From positions 1 through 16,694 of IMG/VR virus record IMGVR_UViG_2617270968_000003: a stretch of 16,694 bases of DNA. One strand, given 5' to 3'. The notes below the pieces were generated by a model. That model worked only from the letters and a program-made list of their open reading frames with translations. It ran no database searches and was not told the origin of the DNA. Made by a program: the position numbers and the translations under genes. Below, piece by piece: positions 1 to 8,146 of this stretch (the first letter of the stretch is position 1; each line of letters opens with the position of its first letter). The stretch is from a virus (Duplodnaviria; Heunggongvirae; Uroviricota; Caudoviricetes).

Positions 1-267
1 GATGACCGTTTGGGCTACTTCGTTAATCACGATATGGCGGGGGATGAGGTGCCGGTTCATGCGGATATCCCAAAACAGGAGGGGATTTTCCTGGATGATA
101 CCGACCCCATATCCTCCCCGATGAAGGCCAAAGGTGTCGGTGAGCTGGGCCTGTGCGGCGTGAGCGCGGCTATCGCCAACGCGGTGTATAACGCCACCGG
201 TATTCGGGTACGGGATTATCCCATCACTCTGGATAAGCTGCTCGATAAGCTGCCGGATGTGGTTTAA
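1..267 (+). CDS. paoC: Xanthine dehydrogenase-family molybdopterin-binding subunit (PaoC/YagR-like), C-terminal end; 5' part lies outside window
   Basis: Open frame from nt 1 ending at stop 265-267; C-terminal sequence ...GVGELGLCGVSAAIANAVYNATGIRVRDYPITLDKLLDKLPDVV matches remembered PaoC/XDH C-terminus; followed 9 nt later by paoD with strong SD. Confidence 0.7.
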   Translation, partial: DDRLGYFVNHDMAGDEVPVHADIPKQEGIFLDDTDPISSPMKAKGVGELGLCGVSAAIANAVYNATGIRVRDYPITLDKLLDKLPDVV

Positions 268-276
268 GGAGGAACA

Positions 277-1233
277 ATGTCATACCCGCTTTTTGACAAA
301 GACGAACACTGGCATAAGCCAGAGCAGGCGTTTCTCACCGATGACCACCGGACCATTCTGCGCTTCGCCGTAGAGGCGCTAATGTCCGGTAAAGGAGCGG
401 TGCTGGTGACGCTGGTGGAGATACGCGGCGGCGCGGCGCGCCCGCTCGGGGCGCAGATGGTGGTGCGCGAAGATGGTCGTTACTGCGGTTTTGTCTCTGG
501 CGGCTGCGTGGAGGCCGCTGCCGCTTTTGAAGCGCTGGAGATGATGGGCTCAGGCCGCGATCGCGAAATTCGCTATGGCGAAGGTTCGCCGTGGTTTGAC
601 ATCGTTCTGCCCTGCGGCGGTGGGATCACGCTGACGCTCCATAAACTACGCTCGGCACAGCCTCTGCTCGCCGTGCTGAACCGCCTGGAACAGAGAAAAC
701 CGGTGGGGCTGCGCTACGATCCGCAAGCACAATCGCTGGTGTGCCTGCCCACGCAAACCCGGACGGGCTGGAATCTCAATGGCTTTGAGGTGGGGTTCAG
801 GCCATGCGTCAGGCTGATGATTTACGGACGTTCTCTTGAGGCGCAGGCAACCGCGAGTCTTGCAGCAGCCACAGGCTATGACAGCCATATCTTCGATCTT
901 TTTCCGGCCTCAGCCAGCGCTCAGATCGATACCGATACGGCGGTCATTTTGCTGTGCCATGATCTCAACCGGGAGCTGCCAGTGTTGCAGGCCGCGCGAG
1001 AAGCAAAACCCTTTTATCTCGGCGCATTGGGCAGCTATCGAACCCACACGTTACGTCTGCAAAAGCTCCACGAGCTGGGATGGTCCAGGGAGGAAACAAC
1101 GCAAATCCGGGCACCCGTCGGGATATTCCCCAAAGCCCGGGATGCGCATACTCTGGCACTCTCCGTGCTGGCAGAAGTCGCCTCTGTACGTCTCCATCAG
1201 GAGGAGGATTCATGCCTGCCCCCGTCGTCCTGA
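277..1233 (+). CDS. paoD: XdhC/CoxI-family molybdenum cofactor insertion chaperone (PaoD/YagQ-like), 318 aa
   Basis: ATG at 277 preceded by AAGGAGG; 318 aa, the length of E. coli PaoD; GC-rich codon usage; genomic context after paoC. Confidence 0.8.
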   Translation: MSYPLFDKDEHWHKPEQAFLTDDHRTILRFAVEALMSGKGAVLVTLVEIRGGAARPLGAQMVVREDGRYCGFVSGGCVEAAAAFEALEMMGSGRDREIRYGEGSPWFDIVLPCGGGITLTLHKLRSAQPLLAVLNRLEQRKPVGLRYDPQAQSLVCLPTQTRTGWNLNGFEVGFRPCVRLMIYGRSLEAQATASLAAATGYDSHIFDLFPASASAQIDTDTAVILLCHDLNRELPVLQAAREAKPFYLGALGSYRTHTLRLQKLHELGWSREETTQIRAPVGIFPKARDAHTLALSVLAEVASVRLHQEEDSCLPPSS

Positions 1234-1622
1234 TCCTTGCGGCCGGGCGTGGAGAGCGCTTTCTCGCCTCCGGGGGAAATACCCATAAGTGTATCGGCTG
1301 GCGTCAGTCCCCGGAGGTTGCGCCTTATCGCTGGCCATTTGAAGAAAACGGGAGAACTTTCGACCTTGCGATTGAACCGCAGATTACGACTAATGATCTG
1401 CGTCTGATGTTGAGGCTGGCTCTTGCCGGCGGAGGAATAACAATTGCCACTCAGGAAACTTTCAGGCCATATATTGAAAGCGGTAAGCTTGTATCGCTGC
1501 TTGATGACTTTCTTCCACAATTTCCGGGCTTCTATCTGTATTTCCCACAGCGTCGCAATATTGCACCAAAGCTCCGCGCCCTGATTGACTACGTCAAAGA
1601 ATGGCGGCAGCAATTGGCTTAA
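1212..1622 (+). CDS. yagP: YagP-like 136-aa ORF: short nucleotidyltransferase-like N-terminus (MPAPVVLILAAGRGERF) fused to a LysR-type substrate-binding domain C-terminal fragment; probably a gene remnant
   Basis: ATG at 1212 with GAGGAGGA SD, overlapping the paoD stop; 136 aa equals remembered length of K-12 YagP; C-terminal half resembles a LysR effector-domain tail; no HTH N-terminus. Confidence 0.55.
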   Translation: MPAPVVLILAAGRGERFLASGGNTHKCIGWRQSPEVAPYRWPFEENGRTFDLAIEPQITTNDLRLMLRLALAGGGITIATQETFRPYIESGKLVSLLDDFLPQFPGFYLYFPQRRNIAPKLRALIDYVKEWRQQLA

Positions 1623-1746
1623 ATGTCTGCACCTGCACTGCCTGATGTCAGAACAGTATTTTGATGAATTGCCAAGGTTACAATGGCACAAATACGGCAC
1701 AGGAGGAAACGTGGTGTATTTAAATATGGGGTAACTCTTTGATTTT

Positions 1747-3276
1747 AATGGTGCCGATAATAGGAGTCGAACCTACGACCTTCGCATTACGAATTATAAG
1801 AATCCACTTCTAATTCAAAGCATTACCCCATCAACACTGCGCTCACACGTCCCACCACATCAAAACATGTAAAGCCTTGCAAGCCATTGTGAGGCCTTAT
1901 GTGTCTCAGTTTTGTCCCACCTTGTATTACGACTTGCATAGCCAATGAAGATCAACGTGACGACAAACGGCGCAGCAGTCTTCTTTTCCTTCATACTTTC
2001 CCCAATCAGCATACATACTTTCTACCATAACTGTAGTGAATGTCTGTTATGAGCGAGCAAAAGAGATTCAATTACCGGGGAATTACTCCGACATAAGCTC
2101 TCCCAGAAACACCGGAACAGCGATTCGCATATTCTCTTCTATACTTTCAGTCTGACCGGCTGGAGATTTCATAGCAAGAAAATGGATGCGCCAAGACCTA
2201 TGCGGGAAAGAGGCTGAGGAAATAATTGCCGATAGCACTGTGCCCGCCGAAAAGTTATCTGGCACGCAATGACGCGCGTCCTTGGGGCATCAGGAATCAG
2301 AGAGCCAACTTAACAACCCATTATATATTATTTAACCGGACCGTTACATGTACAAAGTTCAATGATTAGTGATTCTGTGACGCCACATACAACCTAAGCC
2401 CCTGATATAAAACCAGTCTATGCAACACCTAAAAATCATATATGATAGGGTGATAAGTCAACGCGCAGTATAAAAATCAAGCTAAAAAATGCTTTCAGCA
2501 TAGTGAATCTATTTCACACTACATAATTAAGGATGAAAAAATGACTGCACCAGTAATTAGTTTTATCAATATGAAAGGTGGGGTTGGTAAAACAACTTTA
2601 TGCGTTGGGATTGCTGAGTTTTTAGCCAACCATATGGGGCGCAAGGTTCTAGTTATCGATATTGATCCTCAATTTAATGCCACTCAGTCCTTAATGGGGC
2701 ATTATGATCGAGTAGAAGAATATATGACTGCCCTTCGCCCTAATAATCAAACCATTCGAAAGATTTTTGAGCTTCCAAATTCATTAATGGAAGATGAAAA
2801 GAAAGTGACACCAGAACAGGTCATTACTAAAGTTTCAGACAATCTTGATATTATCTTAGGTGATATAAACATTATCTTTGATACTAACCAAGAGGGTATT
2901 AGAATAAAAATGTTGCGTAAATTCATCACCGAAAATGACTTAAAAGAAAGTTACGACTATATCTTTATCGATAGCCCCCCAACAATCTCATTATTTACAG
3001 ATACCGCACTCCTTGCTTCTGATTATTATCTTACTCCGGTTAAAATTGATCACTACTCGGTGCTTGGAGCAAGCAGTTTAAATAGCGTTATAAGAAATAT
3101 GCGCACACATCATGAGAAAGAAATCAAGCAAGTCGGTTACATTTATACAAACACTGATGCTGAAATGACCAATAAAACAAGGGAAATTAAAGAGCAATTC
3201 GAAAACCATACTCAATTTACAAATTTTTATTTCTTTGAAAATCAATTAACCTACGTGCGTGATTTAATGGTAGGTT
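1747..3276. repeat. Direct repeat copy 1 (about 1530 bp) of the element's left end: att fragment, 745-bp leader, 5' 736 nt of ParA-like gene
   Basis: Matches 15165..16694 at offset 13,418; verified by eye at both ends and at internal points; two 60-aa ORF translations in the track are identical between copies. Confidence 0.85.
1749..1794 (-). other. 46-nt 3' fragment of tRNA-Thr(CGU) (thrW-type) - attachment-site copy (ptwF-like tRNA pseudogene), copy 1
   Basis: Plus strand reads TGGTGCCGATAATAGGAGTCGAACCTACGACCTTCGCATTACGAAT, the reverse complement of a tRNA 3' end (CCA, acceptor stem, T-arm GGTTCGACTCC, anticodon loop with CGT); similarity stops where the 5' half of a tRNA should be, so the gene is partial. 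Confidence 0.8.
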
Positions 3277-3386
3277 ATCAAGGGAATATTCCTTCTTGTT
3301 ATTCAAAGTCACGCCAAGATATAGAAAAGATCTGTAACGAATTTATTAACAGAGTGGCTCACTTGGAAGGTAACACAAATGAATAA
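2541..3386 (+). CDS. ParA/MinD/Soj-family P-loop ATPase (deviant Walker A), 281 aa; first gene of a three-gene operon
   Basis: N-terminal ISFINMKGGVGKTT (KGGxGKT deviant Walker A), VIDIDPQ, IFIDSPP (ParA-type Walker B region); ATG at 2541 with AAGGA SD 7 nt upstream; AT-rich. Confidence 0.85.
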   Translation: MTAPVISFINMKGGVGKTTLCVGIAEFLANHMGRKVLVIDIDPQFNATQSLMGHYDRVEEYMTALRPNNQTIRKIFELPNSLMEDEKKVTPEQVITKVSDNLDIILGDINIIFDTNQEGIRIKMLRKFITENDLKESYDYIFIDSPPTISLFTDTALLASDYYLTPVKIDHYSVLGASSLNSVIRNMRTHHEKEIKQVGYIYTNTDAEMTNKTREIKEQFENHTQFTNFYFFENQLTYVRDLMVGYQGNIPSCYSKSRQDIEKICNEFINRVAHLEGNTNE

Positions 3387-3777
3387 ACAATTAATTAAAG
3401 CGCTCAATAAAGCTAACAATATGCCCATGACCAAAGAAAACTTCTTAGGCTTGGTAATTATGTTGATTCTTTCAAAAGAGGTTTTTAGATCAAATTTTGA
3501 TGTTAGTAAATTTATTAACAAAACCTTCAAAATATCTTTTTTGAATTATGCTGTACGGTCAAGAACTTTGATGTGCGCTAAAATTTGCAAACATATTAAT
3601 GAATTAAGTGAGAATGACATAAAGATGGCTTATACGCATTTCTTAAACAACATTAACACATTAGACATTATTTTTAATGATGCAAATAAAACAAGCCAAA
3701 AATCCACATCTAAAAGCAAGCATGCTATAAGGAATTTAAATATTTGGATTAATGCAAATAAAAAGGAAGAAGAATAA
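3379..3777 (+). CDS. Hypothetical protein, 132 aa, Lys/Asn-rich; second gene of the ParA-like operon
   Basis: ATG at 3379 overlaps the ParA stop by 8 nt (ATGAATAA) with GGAAGG SD; same AT-rich composition; no motif I can assign. Confidence 0.6.
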   Translation: MNKQLIKALNKANNMPMTKENFLGLVIMLILSKEVFRSNFDVSKFINKTFKISFLNYAVRSRTLMCAKICKHINELSENDIKMAYTHFLNNINTLDIIFNDANKTSQKSTSKSKHAIRNLNIWINANKKEEE

Positions 3778-4442
3778 TGCTCACGCAGGATCCCTTCAAC
3801 ATTGGAAGAGATGTAAATTATTTTAGAGCGGAGGTGCAAAAGCACCTCAGAACCACTGATGAAATAAACAAATCAGTATCAATATTTAGGCAAATAAGTC
3901 TTTGTAATACAATTTTAAGTCACAATCCTAATCTAAATCACTCTTCTTATATAAAAGGTTTTATATATGATACCTTAAACTCCTTAATTGCCATTATAAA
4001 AAAAAGAGAACGGTATCTCCAACTGAACTTCCGCTCAATGGTGGAGCATGTGGCCAGAATAAGCCTCAATAAGAACTACAATGGTGGGGATTTTGACCAA
4101 ACTGTACGTCGTAGAGACTTTGACTTCTTAAAAGCCCAACAAGTCGATGAAGGCTGGTCTTATTTACATAATGTCTATATCAACGCCTGTTATTATGTTC
4201 ACTCCTCCCCCCAAGCGAACCTAAATGTTACATCAACATTTATATCACTTATGGAGGGAGATTGTAATTCAACACAGCATAAAATGGTGAAAAAACTTCA
4301 TGAGGTAGTATCGGCGCTGATGAGAATCATTATAAAGTATTATCATCAGCATATCTCAAACATTTTCTTTAGAAACAAAAAGGATTTAGAGAAAATAATG
4401 GGAAAAAGCCTTTATTCATATTATACCAGCTTAGACAATTAA
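3777..4442 (+). CDS. Hypothetical protein, 221 aa; third gene of the ParA-like operon
   Basis: ATG at 3777 overlaps the previous stop (TAATG) with AAGGAAGA SD; AT-rich; no recognisable domain by eye. Confidence 0.6.
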   Translation: MLTQDPFNIGRDVNYFRAEVQKHLRTTDEINKSVSIFRQISLCNTILSHNPNLNHSSYIKGFIYDTLNSLIAIIKKRERYLQLNFRSMVEHVARISLNKNYNGGDFDQTVRRRDFDFLKAQQVDEGWSYLHNVYINACYYVHSSPQANLNVTSTFISLMEGDCNSTQHKMVKKLHEVVSALMRIIIKYYHQHISNIFFRNKKDLEKIMGKSLYSYYTSLDN

Positions 4443-4479
4443 TTCTCTCATATTCATTGCGTAGAGCATAAATATCTAT

Positions 4480-4900
4480 CTAACCACCTAAAATGCCAGA
4501 AAATCTAGTTGTATACCGGTGCGAAAATATCTCGCGTTTCATCTGCCACTGCTGCTGAATGCCCTGCCCAGCGAAACAGAGTGTTTCCTTCCCGTCTTTT
4601 GCGTTGAGGTGCTCCAGCACGCTCATTAACTTTTCGCTCCCAGGACCCAGCGCGTTATCGTCGAATAGGTTAGGGCATGCTCTGACTGAAGAAGTCCCCC
4701 AGCATTACCCCGGCTTTCTGATATCGGTGTCCGTCTTTCCATATTGCATCCAGACTCCCCGTTGCTACTGCAATGATATCCCGACTGTCCTGTGTCGGGA
4801 TGAGCAGCTTCACCGACGCGTTGTTACAGTAGTACGACTCGTTCAACGCAAAGGGTATCGTGTAAAACCGATGATGACACTGCCGGCAATCAGCACTGAC
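4480..4900 (-). pseudogene. umuC: 3' remnant of a umuC-like Y-family (Pol V) translesion polymerase gene; frameshifted and truncated
   Basis: Minus-strand translation gives ...PFALNESYYCNNASVKLLIPTQDSRDIIAVATGSLDAIWKDGHRYQKAGVMLGDFFSQ, then after a frameshift NLFDDNALGPGSEKLMSVLEHLNAKDGKETLCFAGQGIQQQWQMKREIFSHRYTTRF, closely matching the remembered C-terminal ~140 aa of E. coli UmuC; no intact ORF, N-terminal 2/3 absent. Confidence 0.75.
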
Positions 4901-5372
4901 GTCAGCAAACGTGAGAAAGAACAGATAAGCCGAACGATTTAGGAAATGTTTGAAGAGACTGATATGTGGATGGTTTCAGTTTAAACGCCTTGAACCGTCA
5001 TATTACCTAAGTACAATCCGCTGTGACTGGCAATCATTCAATACTTGCACTATCAAAAGTGCATCAGCCAACCGCAGCACGTCTTGCATACGACCTGTCT
5101 GCGGTTTCAATCACCTCTCACCACCAGTCCCATCAATAATAATTAAACAGCGCCTAAACAAAATAAATAACAACAAGTCAACAACCTCGACAGGATGCCG
5201 ATGGGATGATGAAGAGATAAGAAAGAATAACTAGTAAAGCCCTAAAACGTCAGCGTTCAGACGCGTTTTTTACTTAACCGGTAACAAATACGTTGTATCA
5301 TAGCAACATAAAATGATTGTTCTAAATCAGATTAACTCCTCACTTTTGTACAATGTCGCTTACAGGTATACC

Positions 5373-7262
5373 ATGAAATCCGAGACGCTAACTGTCCAAC
5401 AACTTTTTCAAGACCGCCGACAATACTGTGTTCCATTCTATCAACGTGCCTATGTATGGACTCAGCGAAACCAATGGTCAGCTCTACTGGAGGATATCCT
5501 AGAGAAAGCACAATCCCGGCTCTCGGGTACAAAACCAACTCCCCATTTCCTTGGTGCAGTTGTACTGGAACCTCAACCAAAAAAAGGATTATTCGGTGTA
5601 GATTCCATACATATTATTGATGGTCAGCAACGATTGACCACTCTTCAATATGTTCTGGCATCCATCCGATTAGCATTACGTGCAACAGATCTTTCCAACT
5701 TAGAGCCTCTCATTTCGTCTTGCCTGAAAAACTCAAACGAAGACACAATGCGAAATAAAGAAGTAGAGCGCTTCAAACTGTGGCCAACTTTTCGGGATCA
5801 AACTCATTTTATTCAAAGTTTTAATGTTGAAAATATTGACGATATCCGGAATGTATTCTCTGATAGTTTCACGCAGCATGGTACGTTGCGTAAGCATTTT
5901 AATCACCCGCCATCACTAGAAGCATTATGTTTTTTTACTGAAGCCTTTATAAAGTGGATTAAAATAGAAAATCACTCACCACGAGAAAATGCTGTAGCAT
6001 TAATTGAGGCTGTCTTGACGGATCTGAAACTAGTAAGCATATTTCTCGAGGCTGAAGATGACGCTCAAATAATTTTTGAAACATTAAATGGCAGAGGTGC
6101 GGAACTTCATGCCACAGATCTTATTCGCAATTATATTTTTATGTGCGCTGAACATGAAAATATTAATGCTGTTGAATTATATGAGAATGAGTGGAAGATC
6201 TTTGAAGATACGTACTGGTCAGAAAGACAACGTCGTGGTCGTATTAATAAACCACGCATGGAGTGGCTAGTGCATGCAACATTGCAATCAGAAAGGCAAC
6301 GTGAAATCGATCTGTCTCGTCTTTACAATGAGTATCGTGATTATGTAAGTAAGGACTTGCCTTCACAACGAGCAGATCTGCAAGTAAAGCGCCTCAAACA
6401 ATATGCATCACAATATAAAGAATTGGTTGGTGGTTTTGGCACAACCCCCATCTCACACTTTGGACATCGCATCGCAGCCTATGATGTGACGACACTTTAT
6501 CCGCTTGCTTTGTTCATTTCGATAGCTAACATCGCCGATGATGAGAAAGCAGCCATGTATAATGATCTTGTCTCCTACGTAGTACGAAGAGCCGTATGTG
6601 GCCTGACGCCAAAGAATTACAACAATGTATTTATGAATGTATTGCGGCACTTGTCTAAAACAGAAATTTCCAGTGTTGAGTTACGTAATATCCTCAATAG
6701 CTTAAATGGCGAAGCCTCACGTTGGCCTGGGGACTCAGAATTTCTCAACGCTTGCATCAATGCTCCACTTTATCCTGGCAGGCTCGACGCACCGAAAATG
6801 CGCTCAATGTTAACGGAACTTGAAAGAGAACTTTGTCGCCAAGTGAAGACAGAGAAGCCTGATGTTCCAAATCTTTCTAACCTCGATATCGATCATCTTA
6901 TGCCTCAAAGTTGGTATTCCTGTTGGCCTCTCGAAAATGGTCATATGGTGACAAATTCAGATGCTACGGTATTGAACCAAATTGTTCTGTCTGGAACCGA
7001 TCTTACCCCAGAACAGCTACTGGTAAGGAAACGGCAACAAGCGATAGCTACGTTGGGAAATCTAACTTTGCTTAACCTTAGCGTAAACCGTTCTGTTCAG
7101 AATGCTGTATTTCTGAAAAAACGTGATGCTCTCATCGTCCACACCAATCTACGACTGAACATTCCACTTATAGTTAAGGATAAATGGGATGAGGATGAAA
7201 TCCTGGAGCGGGGTAAAATGTTGGGGGAAATTGCATTGAAAGTATGGCCAAAACACGATTAA
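5373..7262 (+). CDS. GmrSD-family type IV (modification-dependent) restriction endonuclease: N-terminal DUF262 (ParB-like NTPase) + C-terminal DUF1524 (His-Me finger nuclease)
   Basis: DUF262 signatures VPFYQRAYVW and IIDGQQRLTT; C-terminal DIDHLMPQSW ... LGNLTLLNLSVNRSVQNAVFLKKR typical of DUF1524; about 630 aa. Start taken at 5373 (MKSETLT, weak AGG SD); in-frame ATG at 5313 is possible. Confidence 0.8.
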   Translation: MKSETLTVQQLFQDRRQYCVPFYQRAYVWTQRNQWSALLEDILEKAQSRLSGTKPTPHFLGAVVLEPQPKKGLFGVDSIHIIDGQQRLTTLQYVLASIRLALRATDLSNLEPLISSCLKNSNEDTMRNKEVERFKLWPTFRDQTHFIQSFNVENIDDIRNVFSDSFTQHGTLRKHFNHPPSLEALCFFTEAFIKWIKIENHSPRENAVALIEAVLTDLKLVSIFLEAEDDAQIIFETLNGRGAELHATDLIRNYIFMCAEHENINAVELYENEWKIFEDTYWSERQRRGRINKPRMEWLVHATLQSERQREIDLSRLYNEYRDYVSKDLPSQRADLQVKRLKQYASQYKELVGGFGTTPISHFGHRIAAYDVTTLYPLALFISIANIADDEKAAMYNDLVSYVVRRAVCGLTPKNYNNVFMNVLRHLSKTEISSVELRNILNSLNGEASRWPGDSEFLNACINAPLYPGRLDAPKMRSMLTELERELCRQVKTEKPDVPNLSNLDIDHLMPQSWYSCWPLENGHMVTNSDATVLNQIVLSGTDLTPEQLLVRKRQQAIATLGNLTLLNLSVNRSVQNAVFLKKRDALIVHTNLRLNIPLIVKDKWDEDEILERGKMLGEIALKVWPKHD

Positions 7263-7284
7263 TGCAATTAATAAAATGATTATA

Positions 7285-7310
7285 GCGGCCTTACATTAGT
7301 AAGGCCGCTA
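7285..7310 (+). terminator. Stem-loop downstream of the GmrSD gene (11-bp perfect stem AGCGGCCTTAC / GTAAGGCCGCT, 4-nt loop)
   Basis: Perfect inverted repeat 23 nt after the stop; trailing sequence only moderately T-rich, so may act as terminator or RNA-stability hairpin. Confidence 0.55.
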
Positions 7311-7512
7311 CTCACTATTAAATCCTTTAATTTGCAACAAGAACAGCAGTGTCAGCCCTAGGTTTCGGACTTTGTACCGCTTATCTTGTCTTCAAAAATC
7401 AGCTCGCATCCTGCACAGCTCAACGCATTACGTTGTAGATCGGTGTTCTGGTCATTTGTTGATACGCGTACATAGCCAATAAGCATGGTAGATCCCCCTG
7501 ACAAAAGCAGGA

Positions 7513-8085
7513 ATGATGCCATTTGCTCGTTATTTCTGCATTTTCATAAACGTTGGTTTGGGAGAAGGTGCTCCAGCTATTGGCGTTCCGTTCTTCTGGC
7601 CGTCCGCCGCAATGCCAAATACTGTAATCGACAGTTGGTCCAGTATGGTGTTTTTGAAGTTCAACGGCGCGAAATTCTCTGCCACTGATTACCCTGTGCT
7701 GGCGAAAGTGTTTCCGGCGCTAGCATTACCTGACGCACGGGGTGATTTCATTCGTATCTGGGATGATGGGCGCGGGATTGATGTCGGACGTACCCTACTT
7801 TCAGGGCAATCACACACAATTATGGATCATGCACACAATATGGAATTGTGGACGGGGGACGGGCTTGCCGCAGGAAGTGCACGGGAAGGAGTAAACCCAG
7901 GAATACTGGCTACATACGGTGACGGGGGAATAGTTAAAACGGACGAACCCGGTCTTAAGGTGCCTTCCTCACTACGAGCTCTTAGCTCTCGTAGTGTTAA
8001 ACGTTATGGTGAAATTAGTGGAAATGTAGATACAGAAACCCGTCCACGAAATATTGCATTTAACTTTCTGGTGAGGGCTAAATAA
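7513..8085 (+). CDS. Phage tail-fibre C-terminal fragment (tail-collar domain), 190-aa ORF; probably a remnant
   Basis: PFFWP...MPNTVIDSW...NGAKFSATDYPVLAKVFP...LPDARGDFIRIWDDGRGID fits the phage tail-collar pattern; C-terminal ...ETRPRNIAFNFLVRAK is tail-fibre-like; no N-terminal anchoring region and no other structural genes nearby. Confidence 0.5.
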   Translation: MMPFARYFCIFINVGLGEGAPAIGVPFFWPSAAMPNTVIDSWSSMVFLKFNGAKFSATDYPVLAKVFPALALPDARGDFIRIWDDGRGIDVGRTLLSGQSHTIMDHAHNMELWTGDGLAAGSAREGVNPGILATYGDGGIVKTDEPGLKVPSSLRALSSRSVKRYGEISGNVDTETRPRNIAFNFLVRAK

Positions 8086-8146
8086 TGATACCTGTTTTTG
8101 ATGAAAATGGGCTGGCTACAGTGCCGGGCGATATGCGTTGTTTTTA

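Noticed and set aside
1080-1211. Upstream extension of the yagP-like ORF to the ATG at 1080
   Set aside because: The extension lies inside paoD in another frame and has no SD; the ATG at 1212 has a strong GAGGAGGA SD and gives the expected 136 aa.
646-1288. Track ORFs 646..888 (-), 836..1288 (+) and 965..1213 (-) overlapping paoD
   Set aside because: Alternative-frame or antisense ORFs inside a GC-rich, well-supported gene; Arg/Pro/Cys-rich junk-like translations.
1197-1700. 167-aa minus-strand ORF antisense to the yagP-like ORF
   Set aside because: Antisense to a better-supported ORF, no SD, low-complexity translation.
2083-2265. 60-aa minus-strand ORF in the leader (duplicated at 15501..15683)
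   Set aside because: No convincing SD or recognisable features; probably a chance ORF, though the leader itself may hold regulatory elements.
2747-3845. Minus-strand ORFs 2747..2929, 3309..3530 and 3630..3845 (first duplicated at 16165..16347)
   Set aside because: Antisense to the coupled ParA-like operon; AT-rich DNA produces such frames by chance.
4559-5234. Plus-strand ORFs 4559..4942 (127 aa) and 4950..5234 (94 aa)
   Set aside because: The real coding signal here is the minus-strand umuC remnant; the plus-strand translations are junk-like.
5245-5278. Short hairpin plus T-run (GCGT-TCAG-ACGC then GTTTTTT) upstream of the GmrSD gene
   Set aside because: Stem of only 4 bp; too weak to call a terminator.
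5313-5372. Earlier in-frame ATG (5313) for the GmrSD gene
   Set aside because: No SD, and DUF262 proteins usually begin close to the conserved YQR motif; kept as an alternative start only.
5332-6650. ORFs 5332..5580 (-), 6088..6270 (+) and 6453..6650 (-) inside the GmrSD gene
   Set aside because: Internal alternative-frame or antisense ORFs within a strongly supported 630-aa gene.
7485-7688. 67-aa plus-strand ORF overlapping the tail-fibre fragment start
   Set aside because: Different frame from the collar-domain ORF; Arg/Cys-rich translation with no features.
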